A DNA stretch of 64,000 nucleotides. Origin: Tubulanus polymorphus. Its lineage: Eukaryota > Animalia > Nemertea. Of this stretch, positions 40,801 through 52,251 are shown one piece after another. A model generated the notes under the pieces. The model had not been told where the DNA came from and made no database searches. It saw only the letters and a list, made by a program, of their open reading frames with translations. The stretch is from assembly GCF_964204645.1 (NCBI RefSeq), contig NC_134033.1:14764655-14828654 (forward strand), given 5' to 3'. The position numbers were made by a program, and so were the translations under genes. The number at the start of each line of letters is the position of its first letter. Position 1 is the first letter of the stretch.

Positions 40801-41204
40801 AAAAGTAAGCACTTCGCTCTATTCGCGACAATAAACCGCGTTAAAAGCAAATTTCTTACATTCGTAATATCTCCGAGCATTGATCGTTTGTTCGGTTGTT
40901 TGTTAGGAGGCGATCTGTCGGCCGGACGCTTCTTATCAATGCCCAAGAACGCCTTCAAACCTTGACCTATAAAATAAAAAAAGAAATTCAAACCTTACAG
41001 TTTTGTAGTAGATTCAATTCAAACATAACAATTTTTGCTGCACTCTACTAAACGAACCAGCTAAAAATTAAAAAAACTAATCTAAGACTAACAAATTCTA
41101 AATCTAAATTTTCTAACAAATTTACCTTTCAAGTTCATCAAACTGTTTTCATTTTTCATCTGTTTCAAGGCGAGGGCTGCAGCAGCTTTCCTCGTAGTCG
41201 TCAT
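34811..41204 (-). CDS. CCNB3: G2/mitotic-specific cyclin B3, ~472 aa, 10 coding exons
   Basis: Phase-consistent exons 41204-41126, 40966-40860, 40289-39970, 39387-39306, 39194-39102, 38177-37947, 37286-37131, 36723-36574, 35827-35697, 34880-34811 (1419 nt). D-box RSMLGDITN; cyclin box MRAIVVDWLVEIQENFELNHETLYLA; B3-type KFDERCPP and KYSHKVFFEVAK. Confidence 0.96.
35095..35201. mobile_element. Internally deleted copy of the 9358-9695 MITE
   Basis: Left arm near-identical to 9358-9453, joined to terminal GGGGAGGATG; perfect 8-bp target duplication CCATGACC. Confidence 0.9.
36088..36341. mobile_element. Two abutting hairpin MITEs (PIF/Harbinger-like)
   Basis: Hairpin tatagactggtat..aacccggggctgactcaattg / caattgagttagcccccgggtt..ataccagtcta (36090-36199), then ggggccagttccata...tatggaaccggcccc (36200-36339), which recurs at 51263-51404. 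Confidence 0.8.
37483..37850. repeat. Degenerate ~100-120-bp intronic tandem repeat (3-4 copies)
   Basis: Recurring aaatgaac.acaaacaccagacattagacatttt..atcagcacacttt..aaaactgatc. Confidence 0.7.
38238..39056. repeat. 36-bp minisatellite (~23 units) in a cyclin B3 intron
   Basis: Unit gtgaatctgctgcaggggaatggagaaattccccga, with a few shortened units at the left end. Confidence 0.95.
39500..39921. mobile_element. Stack of short MITE copies and fragments
   Basis: Fragments of the 36090 family (agccccgggttaaa..accagtctata), a copy at 39660-39820 that recurs at 51406-51565, and a ggatccagttccacagt terminus shared with ~5397 and ~50987. Confidence 0.75.
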
Positions 41205-41495
41205 TCTACAGCGATAAAACAAATCTAGGCTATATTAAAGCTGCTGAATTAAATTGCTTGAATTGAAATTTTTCACGATCCGCGGCGGGAGAGAAAGAGT
41301 AAAAAACTGTACAGCAGGTCTTTTTAAAGCCGGCAAAATTGGATTCAGATTTTTTAGAAAGCTGAGTTCCTCACCTGGTGATACTGGTTATCGTTTATCG
41401 AAATTTGTGATGTTAAAATTCGCTTTAAAAACCGTTTTAAACCCTTTAATATCCTAAAAATATTTCCTCGCTTTGTTTCTTTTAGCGATTCACAA

Positions 41496-41560
41496 TTTCC
41501 GCCTTTCAAAGCTTTCTAAAAGTTGAGCTCATTGGCTGTACGGTTGGAACATTGGCCAAT
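41496..41560 (-). promoter_or_regulatory. Cyclin B3 promoter: CHR plus multiple CCAAT boxes
   Basis: TTTGAA on minus strand at 41510-41505 next to GGCGGAAA; CCAAT/ATTGG at 41531, 41551 and 41556; probable 5'UTR donor cag|gtgagg near 41375. Confidence 0.55.
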
Positions 41561-42339
41561 CACGGGCGATTTAACAAAATTCCATTGCGGACCAAATTCA
41601 AATTCATATTTCTTTATTGAAACCAATTTAGCCATCAATTCAATTCAAACCATTATTGATCCTACTAGTTTGTAACAAGGCCTGCTAGGGCTGCATCGGA
41701 ATGTGAACGGTCAAGTTATCAAAAAACAACGGTCAGTTTAAACTAGAAAGGAAAAAAGAATAGAAATGGGAGCAGCAGAAAGATTTCAGTCGTAGAGGAA
41801 AGGTGGCAGCACCATACAAATCAATGTTCGAAAACGAAACCTTCTCGAAAATATTATAACGTGTAATGATTAGAATTAAAGAAAAGCACAAAAACAAGCA
41901 TAATTTTTTAAAGATACAAAGTGAAATTCGAGGTACCATACTAAATTAATGTTTTTTTGTGGAATTCGGCTTTTACCTGTATAGCCTATACACACAGTGA
42001 GAGCGGCGGTTCATCCTCGTGCCTCTACGTATCTCATTGACTTGAAACTCAACGCTAGCTATGTTTGCCTTTTAGATTCGAAGTTAAAATGTTTACAGCA
42101 GAATAAACATTTTACATTCACCGAAGCAAAAAAGTATTTAATTTGATATTGTTGTCAAGCTCCGATAGCTCCGGTGATTGGAAGCGTGGATGAATGCGGT
42201 GCAGAAGGTAATCATGCATGTTTTAAACACCATGGGAGGGTTTCAGGTATAAGAATATACTTCGATCCGGAAGAAAGGGGTTCATTGTGATTTTTCTGCC
42301 GTCAAATTGATAGCTACATTTGTCTGGACTGGAGGAGAC

Positions 42340-43314
42340 ATGACGAACGCATCTCATCATTGTCCAACAATCAGAACTAGTTATAAGTTCGTTCATTACA
42401 TGTTCGTCTACGGAATAGGAAGTGTTTGCGCGCTTGGTATAGTCGGCAACGTACTCAATTTGATCGTGTTCAGTCAAGACAAAAAAGCCTTACTATCGGT
42501 GAAAATACTGAAGGCGTTGGCTTGTTGCGATATGTCGTTTCTGACAGTTTGTTTCGTGTACTTTTTTGTGAGACACGTTCGGTACAGAATTGAATTCGGA
42601 GATATGGTTTACAGGTATGGCGACTACAACATCGGTGCGAAATTGGCATATTCCACTGTCGTGATGTATTACATCACGCAACAAACCAGGAACTGGATAA
42701 CTGCTTATATTTCTGTCGTTCGATTCTTGAATGTTAAATTCCCACTCTGGTCCAGACGAGTTTTGACGTGGAAGTTATCTAAAGTTAGCATTGGTTTCGT
42801 GTTTTTGCTTGCCGTCACTTGTCACGGCCCGCGTTATCTATTTTTCCACATCGAATATGAGCTACTGCGAGACTGCTCATTCTCTATATTGATACCTATT
42901 ATAAAAACCACGCCTGTTTTATTAACTCGTTATGATGTGACGATCTATTTCGGATTTCTGGTCGGATTTCCGATGCTTATCCTCTACGTTACGAATCTAG
43001 CCTTGTTGAGTTCTGTTAATTTTGCTCGTTCTAAGCGTTCGAAACTTCTCGCAAGTGGTCCGCCACGAAAAGGCAGCGAACGACAAGCCGATAAAATGGT
43101 GACGGCGATTTTACTGATTTTTACGATTTGTGAAACGCCAGCCTGCATCGACCGAGTTGCAAGCGTAGCGGGTTTTGAATTCAAATTTGCCGATTTCAAA
43201 CAATTTGCCAGAAAATCTGGGCTCTTTCTGGTAGTTCTCGATTCGGCGTTGAATTTCGTTGTCTATCTCTCCATAAATTCAAAATTCAGACAAAATCTAA
43301 AAGGACTAATTTAA
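42340..43314 (+). CDS. Intronless rhodopsin-class orphan GPCR (FMRFamide-receptor-like expansion), ~324 aa
   Basis: Seven hydrophobic segments; GIVGNVLN (TM1), LACCD (TM2), TRNW..ISVVRF (TM3), FTICETP (TM6), DSALNFVVY..NSKFR (TM7/H8); first ATG at 42340. Confidence 0.9.
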   Translation: MTNASHHCPTIRTSYKFVHYMFVYGIGSVCALGIVGNVLNLIVFSQDKKALLSVKILKALACCDMSFLTVCFVYFFVRHVRYRIEFGDMVYRYGDYNIGAKLAYSTVVMYYITQQTRNWITAYISVVRFLNVKFPLWSRRVLTWKLSKVSIGFVFLLAVTCHGPRYLFFHIEYELLRDCSFSILIPIIKTTPVLLTRYDVTIYFGFLVGFPMLILYVTNLALLSSVNFARSKRSKLLASGPPRKGSERQADKMVTAILLIFTICETPACIDRVASVAGFEFKFADFKQFARKSGLFLVVLDSALNFVVYLSINSKFRQNLKGLI

Positions 43315-44335
43315 AAGCATGTAATATAATCACTAATGGTAACAATTATTATCATTCATCCCTATCAATAGTATATTGAAAAAAGTTATCGAATGTTTGA
43401 ACCACACAAAAACAGAAAATATTTCGACAGAAAAGATTTTTAGGTTTACAGAAAGCAAAGATCTTTATGAAATCAGTAAAAGATCCCCAAAATGTACGCT
43501 ATTCTCAAACTTATATCGCAAATCTTAAAACGGAATCGAATCATTTGATTTAAGAAAGCGAATATCTTTTTGTAATTATCCAACCATCCCCAATACAATA
43601 TTCTCAAACGTATTTCTCAAATTCAGTTAAATTAATGAGTGTAGCTGATATATGTAACGTTTGTTAAACGTCAAAATCTTTTTCCAATATTTCGAAAACC
43701 AGACTTTAATTTAGCAGACCAAACATAATGGGAATTTGTTTCCAAGCGTTTTTCGAATAATGTGTCATTGCCGCTATTATATTTTTGCATTACTAAAAAC
43801 AGCACTACCTTGTCCGATGTTTTCATTATGAAGTTTGATGAACTCTGCTTGAACAACGCAGAGCTTTGGGGTACGCGAAAGTATTCGATTTATGCTCGGA
43901 GGCAAATTTCTAGCTAAGTGAACATTTTTCCCACCTTACCACGCATTAAAGGCATTCAATTCGATCCGCTGGTACATTACAAAAACATCACCGGGCAAGC
44001 GAAAATATACCGCGCATTCATGCATATATGTTCTTGTTATTTCAAGTAATGAACGAAATTATGGGCGTCTAAAGCAAACAGCGTCGCATTTAAAATCTCA
44101 TTTATTTGCGAAGTCGTGGCTAAAAGACAAACTGTTCATTCAAATTCACAATTATCAGAGTTTATGAATTAAATCATGCGTAGAAATACGTATTGCCAGC
44201 GTTTCCCACATAATAATATAGGCATCGGCGAATTTCTGAGTGACGCTTTTCGTTTGCAAAAATGCCCTGCCAGAAAGTTTCTGAGTTTAGTTGGTTTGAT
44301 ACCACTTGGAAGGGATGAGTCGGTCGCGGGACATC

Positions 44336-47300
44336 ATGAAACGTATCGGCGGCTTTTCTTGCATGCTTGTGTTTCTTATGTGCTTAACATTGGCGGTAGG
44401 TTAAATATTCTATGAATCTATGCTTTCATCGGACAAATTTTTTGTTCATAAGACTCATTCGATCGAGTTGACCATACGACGATAGACCATTTTAATGAAG
44501 GGGAGACAAAATCATAGACAATCATTCTGAATAATTTCTAATACAGTTTTAATAGCCATCGCCAGGTGGTTTCATTTATTTGGCCGTTATGCGAGGTTCT
44601 ATATGAGAGGATGCTCAGGGATGAGAGATTGCAACTCACCATCGCATTGGAATTTTACCGTCCAACCAGAAGACTTGGGTCGCCCTCCGTGTGACGCTAA
44701 ATGTATATGTTATGAAACTTCGTTATTTTAACGAAAATATTTTAGATTTTTCTTTTGTTTTCTTCAATGGATGATATCGAAAATCGTCATTATTCTTCAA
44801 TGCGTATCTTTTCATTGCAATTAACAGGACGCCGAACACGCTCGTCGGAAAAGGGCAACGCCGGATGTTCAGGTCACCAGTCACAGACGAATCACTTGGA
44901 GTGTTAGCAATGGTAAATACTCCGGTATGCAAATCCTCACCGTCCTTTGCGGATCGAGAATGGGGGGGGGGGTCTCATAAAAATTAAGATGATCGTGTTG
45001 TATAGAATGTTAACGCCTTTTATAATATACTGATTCAAGTTATGGTATCTTCTATTTCTTAATACAGAACATTTCGCCGGCTCCATCGCACGAGCCTTAA
45101 GACAATTTCCGGCGTGCATTTCTTTCGAAAAGCACCCTAGACCTACAGCAAACCTTAACTACATCTTCGAAAAATCGTAAGTACTTTTTCTCACATGAAG
45201 ATGAAACGTATATCAGCAATGTCCACGGCTGCACATTTTGTCGGTGGCTAAACATGAAAATATACATATATTTCATTCGGATTTTTGATACAGAACAGCT
45301 ATGCTCGGTGAGATTAAAACGATATGAATAATAATGATTCTTTAACAAAACGTAGGATTTCTGTTTAGGCGTGGTGATTTCACTGTGTACACCAAAGGCG
45401 TCGGACTCAAAAAAATTAATTCTGATATTTACCAGCAGGTTGTCTTCATCAAAAGTAGGCATGATTTAAAATATGTAAGTTCAACATCCTTTTAAAATCT
45501 GTTCTAAGATGATTTTGATAATGGATCACGATGCACCGGCTTTTGAAGCTTTAAGGCAAGGGGCATATGTAAAAGTACATCACCGAATGGAGTAAAAATG
45601 CTTTTTTTAACTACAAATCTAATTTGCATCATCTACATTGAAGTAAAAAGTTGCTAGAAAGCATTATATACAGGTATAATGTATTAAAGCATGGACGTAT
45701 AAACTTTCTAGTTTATACGTCCATGATTAAAGTATACAGACCTATGTAAGTTTGTGTATATTTTCATGTTTCATCTGTGCCCTAGTTACTTGAGAACAAT
45801 ATAAAATTGGTGACGCAACAAACTCTACGAGCCCTCGGATTCTATTACGAACACCAGCGACCGGACTCGAACAGATACGTGAAATATAACTTCTCAATGA
45901 GAAAACCACCATATTATGATATGGACACACGCGTGGCTTATGATGTGTCTTCAATTATGCATATTGATGAGATGGTAGGTGCAACTATGGACGTATAAAC
46001 TAGACTAGTTTATACGTCCATGGTGCAACGTGGTTGTGTCACGTGAAGTCGACCAGGCCGATCAAAAGGCAGTAATGCATTCATGTTCTTCAGAGATACA
46101 GCAATGCGCACCTGCGCATGGGAATTAAATATAATTATGTTGGAGGCCTCTGAATCAGCTTCGTAGATTCACAGTTAAAAAGATTCTTGAACGAGTTCAG
46201 TGGGCGTTTCTCCAACTCAAATGTTTAGCTGTAGTTCGTTGGTCATATTTACAATAAACCTGACACTTAAACCTTTCTGTCCTATAATCCGAATTGTTTT
46301 CGTATGACTTGTGTCAGTGGTCAGTCACCAATCACTGTAATCTATCCTCGAATACCCGAAGAAAGATTTCCAGACGCGTTTCCTTCATCACTCACGTACC
46401 GATCGTATTTCAAAATTTCAGTCATACGTAAACGAAGAAGGTGTGGTGAAAAAGCAGAACCGACCAATTATGCAACTACGTCCAACACTGTTGTTCAATA
46501 ACAGGCGACGTCACTACGGTTACATAGGATTTCGGCAACCGGGCGACAGTCTTCTAAGCTTCCGCGACAACAGAACGGTGACCAATAAGCTGTGTCGAAG
46601 GATGGACAATTCGATCGCAGGTATTTATGGAATATTGGCTTAATTCGTATATTTTTCAAATATTCGGTTTACACGTTTCATTAGCTTGGTGAATCGTCCG
46701 CAGTTGTTCCCAGTCGAACCGGTGAGTTTTACTTTAGTCCTTTGATGATAAAGCAGCAATCAATATTAGTTACCTAGGGACTTGGGTTCGACCTTTGGTG
46801 GATTAACTATTCGAACAGCTTCATACATATTCACACCCGAACTACGGCTAGGCCTTACTATCATTCGTACTTTTTAATGATGATAACGTTTTTTCTTCGT
46901 AATATAATTCCTTTGTGATAACATTCAATAATTCAACTACTTATTAACCACTTCGTTGACATTTGTGACGTATATTCACAAAAAAAATAGTCAAAAATAA
47001 TTACCTTCTCTCGCTCATCTCACCATACATGACGTATGTTTACGTAAATGAAGATACATTTCAATTCCAGTGGTCCATTCCTCTTTCGTCCAAATTGCTA
47101 TATGTATTAGATTTAGATTTTGTGCTGAGCTGTAGAAAATGAAAATTTCATTCATGTATTTGTACGTTCATTTGAAGGAACGACACCAGTCACTGCGCAA
47201 TGCCCATCACCGATTGAACCGTGTGCAAACGGAGGCTATGTTGACAAAAGCGTAAACGGGAATTTATGTCGATGCGTCTGTCCTCCGAGATTCGAGGGAA

Positions 47301-49925
47301 TGCGATGCGAAGAGTATCATCCTGGTACGACTTTGCCGATGGAATGCATTATTTTCTATCACGAATCAGCGTCGAAGAAACTCTTTTGAGCAATGGGATA
47401 CCGGCAATGCTAATGTGATCAGTGACAATTCCACCAGGTGTCGCTACTGGCACTGGGTTACCGCGCATCGATTCCTTTTACATTTCGATAAAATTCGAAA
47501 AAGCCTTTCTGATTCTGTGAAATCAATATCATACTCTGAGTGATAAAGTGAATCTTATATCTATTCAATGAATGGTTTGATGATTTTCGGATTTGAAGCT
47601 TAAAAATCAAGTCATCGAAAATGAACTGATTTTCACAATAAATGACCCAGTGCTTTTGTTAGCGCATCTAGTGAGTGCGGGTATCCCATTGCTTTCCATG
47701 CGATCAGCTCATTTGTGTTTCTCTGCACTATTTTCAGGTGAATGCGGTGGAGTTATTTCAGTAACCAATGAGATTGTTGCACACACTTCACGTGGTTATC
47801 CCTATGGTTGGAAGAGATACGAACGGTGTTATCACATCCTTCGCGTAAGTCGAGAGAAAATGTAAAACACGATTAAAGACCTACTTGAGTAGCGTGTTGT
47901 CCTATTGCATCAATTTATTGTAAAGCATTTATTTGACTTCAGCTAAGGCCAAGGGTTGGATGGTAATTTTTCTTGTACTCGTTTTCTAGGCACCAGCTGG
48001 TAGGCGGGTGTTGTTCCGTGTCGTAGACTTACAGTGCACCCAAGCGGAGTTGTACCTGCTCATTTTCGGGACCGATGTCAGTCTTCGCAAGTAAGTCTAT
48101 AAGTATAGGATTCCGCTGGCATAAACAGACTTGGGGTTGTCATTAAGCTCGAAATTATGGAATACTCAAGTTATTCGGAAAAAGATAGATGTAAGATCTG
48201 TATCCAATTGAACAGTTTCCATCTATGTTTAACGTATTTGACTGTGATAATTGATTGGATTCTTAACAGATCTAGTCAGGTGAACAACTGCTCAAATACA
48301 AAATGCCATTTTGAAAGTGTCATCTGCAAATGCCGTAGGGATGGAGATAATTGATAAAGAACAATATAATGATTCGAAGGCTAATGTTTTTGGCAAAACG
48401 AAGTCACAAATAAAATCATCTAGACGGATGAGAAAGTCTTTAAGATCTGAGAAAGATCAGAACTCGCCATTGAAGTACGGACGAGGAACTACAATCATTT
48501 TGTTTCTAAACTTCAGTATTACTTGTGACGACAATTTGATCGAAGAATTACTGGGCGTTTGGTTCCTTTCTGACGGGTCTTACATGGAAGTGAACTACGC
48601 GACGAAAAACTCCAGCGGGCGCGGTTTTAAGTTGGAATACACCGAGGCCTGTCGAACTAACACATCACACAACAACAACAAGACGTCGATGTTTGAAACA
48701 ATTGATTCCGAAGAGGAATCCCCGTGGGGTGAGTGGTTATACATGTTTTCGAGCGGCACTGTATACATAACAGCAAAACAGCAAACACAGAAATTGACAA
48801 TGTATAGGCTAAACAAAAATGATACCTTGTTTCTCCGCAGCGGCCGGGTAATTTTTGTAAAATATGATAAAATTTATAAACAGTTCATTTCTATAGCGGC
48901 CGGGTCTGTTATGGTAAAATTGATCACGATTTAAAAAAAAGTAATGTATAGGGTAGATAGGCGGCCGGCCGGGTCAACATGTAAGCTCAGTAGAGCGGAG
49001 AAACAAGGTATCAATTTTTTTTAGTCATATTTGTAGTTTTTTCAGTTTCAAGGAAGTTGTCCTTCCTAAAGCCCGACGCACGCGATACATTGGCAAACAC
49101 GGAAGCAGGAGGCAGACATATGTATCTTACTGCGTCGGTGCATTTAGGAAAAACGAGACGAAACAATTCTTCAAACATGTTTGATCCTGTGTGTGTCTGT
49201 TTATCTCTTGTTACCATGTCGTGTGCGTTGGGCTTAAAAGAATGTTTTTGGTTAATCTGTTGAAGCTTTCTTGAGGCAGTAGATATCGTTTTTGAAATGG
49301 GAAATCTAAATCCTCAGTTCTGAGTACATCAAATAACGATCGAGCTAGACGTCTAGGTATATTTGTCTTTTCTGATTAAAATAATGATTTTTATTTCACA
49401 GTTTCGTGTAAGGATTTGAATAGTGAAACAGTCACAACGCCCGCTACTACCGATGCGCGTCCCAAATGTCGATTCTGCGATTCAAGGTCGGATAAATATT
49501 GTCTAGTAACGCAAACCAAGGATATGGATGAAATTCAATGTGAAGACCATGAAATGTGTGGTGTACGTATTATATATAGATATACGAAGTATTAATTTGT
49601 AACTTTGACGTCACGGAGTCCTTTGATGAAACATACGTGGTTTTATTTTTAGATCGAGGCAGTGGTTTCCCCTTGCGGAGACGTACGGCAGATGAAACGA
49701 GGCTGCTATTCGACGAACCTTTGCCAGCAATCTCACTGCAAAATGGACGCCGACGGTGCCCATATCTGCGTACAGTGCTGCCACCATTCGACCGATTGTA
49801 AAACGCTAGGCATAACCGATTTGAAATTTGATGTCGTAAACATCCACAGGAATTCCGCAAAGCTTCTGAATGCGTGTTACACGGCGAATGCATTATTGCT
49901 GATGGTTTATCTATCAGTAAACTGA
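44336..49925 (+). CDS. Inactive astacin-like + EGF + CUB + Ly6/uPAR-like protein with signal peptide and probable GPI signal, ~590 aa
   Basis: Phase-consistent exons 44336-44395, 44828-44924 (or -44912), 45068-45176, 45369-45474, 45786-45974, 46422-46620, 46704-46721 (tentative micro-exon), 47178-47324, 47738-47844, 47990-48090, 48517-48728, 49402-49562, 49653-49925. Motifs: RRKRA; CISF; LRALGFYYEHQRPD; YDVSSIMH; LSFRD; CANGGY..CRCVCPPRFEGMRCE; CGG..SRGYP..C..APAGRRV..SGRGFKLEY; CRFC..KRGC..CVQCC..DC; hydrophobic tail. Confidence 0.82.
45690..45725. mobile_element. 36-bp palindromic mini-element with 7-bp TSD
   Basis: attaaag|catggacgtataaactttctagtttatacgtccatg|attaaag. Confidence 0.85.
45986..46022. 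mobile_element. 37-bp palindromic mini-element with 7-bp TSD
   Basis: gtgcaac|tatggacgtataaactagactagtttatacgtccatg|gtgcaac. Confidence 0.85.
47389..47693. mobile_element. Intronic MITE-like element
   Basis: TIR agcaatgggatacc / ggtatcccattgct; inner inverted pair gcactgggt / acccagtgc. Confidence 0.6.
48807..49026. mobile_element. ~220-bp MITE, copy 1
   Basis: Near-identical to 52031-52251; TIR core gataccttgtttctccgc / gcggagaaacaaggtatc. Confidence 0.85.
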
Positions 49926-50454
49926 GTGTACATTTTATCTCTAGCGATCTGCAGCCTGGAACAGCACCATCCCTCCAGACATGCCTAATGTCTGGTAATT
50001 GTCAATTAAAAACTCCTTAGTTGAAGTATTGAGCACACATGAAGTGCGGACGATCAGTTTTATTTTCAACTGCGCTGATTTATCCATTTATGTCTAAGGT
50101 AAAGATCAAATATCGGGCGAATCGTTGTCTGAGGGGATGATTCTAAGCTGCAGATTGAGACCTACCTACTTAAACTGTCCAAGGAAAATGAGGACAATGG
50201 TAAAACTATTTATTTAGCAAGTGCCCAGCTGTTTGTAATTTTATTATGTGATATTATAGTTCTACGTAGTTATAATTATCGTATTTTCACAGTTAAAATA
50301 TGAAGGATCCATTCCGCAGCTGTGTTGAGGTAAAAAATTGAACAAAAATGTTACTCAGTTTTTGAAGCAAACTAATTTCAAACTCCTAGCCCAAATCTCA
50401 CTCACAACCGCGGAATCTGGTCCAGATGTATGGGATAGTAGGCTACAATACATT

Positions 50455-50661
50455 TCACATACATGGGGGATTCTGGTCACAACTTTTCGGGTCATTGCAA
50501 CATTCTTGAAATTGAACGGAACATTGTTTCTCGCAGGCGACACAAAACGGAGTTAAATTGGTGTTCGCGCATTCATCACCAGCCGACGGCGTCGGAGCGA
50601 AGATCGCTATGCTCAGCAATGTCGCAACTACAAGAAAACCACTCATGAATTTCGGCGTCAT
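50455..50661 (-). CDS. Secreted 8-Cys peptide precursor, divergent paralog (68 aa)
   Basis: Signal peptide + DECANTNLTPFCVACEKQCSVQFQECCNDPKSCDQNPPCM; same Cys spacing as the 60046/63777 copies; ATG directly after acceptor tttttgtag; candidate upstream donor gtaagg near 51589. Confidence 0.88.
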   Translation of the reverse strand: MTPKFMSGFLVVATLLSIAIFAPTPSAGDECANTNLTPFCVACEKQCSVQFQECCNDPKSCDQNPPCM

Positions 50662-50985
50662 CTACAAAAATATATGATAACCATTCATGAAATGAGTGAC
50701 AGCGTTTTACAAATCATCAATTGACTGAGCCCGACTCGTGGTTCGTAGTTTTTCGTTTCCCCTAGCCAAAGAACTCTGCCACCACCTGAATTCGAACCCA
50801 TGAACCCTACTGAAAAAATGATTGTGGAATCATTTATAGAAGCAATATCCATGGTGGTTATATTTTTTTATACAAAACATGATTTTCATCTCGACAACCA
50901 TGAACTTTTGCGGATTTGGACGCAGTTTTAGTATTTTCTAATTGAATCTATTATGAATAAAGAAAAGTCTTGATTTTATTTTTTC

Positions 50986-51567
50986 ATGGGGCCGGTTCCA
51001 CAGTTAACTCTGAGTTAGAATCTGTTCATTTTCAATGAGTTTATTCTGAGTCAAATCTTACGTAAAGGCCCCCGCACACGAGCCGAAAACTGCGCTGCGC
51101 CATTTTCGTACGCAATTTTCGGCTCGTATGCGGGGGCCTCAACTCACAACACTGTGGATTTGGATCCTGGCTCGGCGCGCATCAGATTCGCTCGAAGAAA
51201 CGATGGTAGATTAGAACAAGAAATCTCATGCGAGACCATTTCATCGTTCATATTTGTAACCTGGGGCCGGTTGCATAGTCATGGCTTAGACTTAAGACCA
51301 GTCTAAGACCAACTTAGTTCTATATAGCCAATCTAACAACTTAAGACTGGTCTTAAGATTTAAGACCACTTTTGGACTTAAGTCACGACTATGCAACTGA
51401 CCCCAGGGCTGGGTTTCATAGATGTGGAAGAAAATAGTCCCTGGGAACATTTTGAAATTTGTCAGTTATAACCATGGTTTCTCATTATTACTATGGTGGT
51501 TGTCACCCAAATTGAGGATTTACCCCTAGGGATTACTTTGATACCAGTCTATGAAACCGGGCCCAGG
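50986..51567. mobile_element. Cluster of four MITEs (one nested) in the presumed 5'UTR intron of the peptide gene
   Basis: 50987-51168 element interrupted by hairpin aggcccccgcacacgagccgaaaa..ttttcggctcgtatgcgggggcct (51066-51139); then 51263-51404 and 51406-51565, both with second copies in cyclin B3 introns. Confidence 0.8.
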
Positions 51568-52030
51568 AAAATTGAATTTCATCACCTTACCTTTACTTGA
51601 TTGAATACAGTAAATGTTGAAACACAAAGAACTATTAAATCCACCTAAAATCTCACCATTCTTTATACTGTTCGTTCCTTTTACCCTGATACTTGTAAAA
51701 CACTTCATTTCTTAGGTCTAGGAGATTAAACATATTTTATTGACGAATTTATTATTTGTTTTCTTTCATATTCTTCGATATTCTAAGTCGAACGCTTAAA
51801 TGAGTTTGTACTTCATCGAGTTCATGCTTTGATCTACTCGATATAGATTGATATTCGCAAAGGAAAACCGATATCAGTGCGAACATTTTCTCTCAAGTGC
51901 TACGTGAGAGTCGATATGAAAGTATCCATTGTAATAATCCTGCTACTGAATTGATTGCTAAAGAAATGGAAAACCATGTGTTTCAGATCGACGAATAAAG
52001 TTTATACGAAGAAATCGATTCGAACGTTTA

Positions 52031-52251
52031 GGCTAAACAAAAATGATACCTTGTTTCTCCGCAGCGGCCGGGTCATTTTTGTAAAATATGATAAAAATTT
52101 ATAAACAGTTCATTTCTATAGCGGCCGGGTCTGTTATGGTGAAATTGATCACGATTTTTAAAAAAGTAATGTATAGGGTAGATAGGCGGCCGGCCGGGTC
52201 AAAATTTAAGCTCAACAGAGCGGAGAAACAAGGTATCAATTTTTTTTGGCC
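52031..52251. mobile_element. ~220-bp PIF/Harbinger-like MITE, copy 2
   Basis: TTA|GGCTAAACAAAAATGATACC...GGTATCAATTTTTTTTGGCC|TTA: TIRs with 3-bp TTA duplication. Confidence 0.88.

Noticed and set aside
44556-44702. Possible extra prodomain exon of the astacin-like gene
   Set aside because: Could not fit both splice phases with good sites; exon 1 joins 44828 in frame without it.
48311-48934. 207-aa ORF as a standalone gene
   Set aside because: Only 48517-48728 is a CUB exon; the rest is intron and MITE sequence (tail repeated in ORF 52088).
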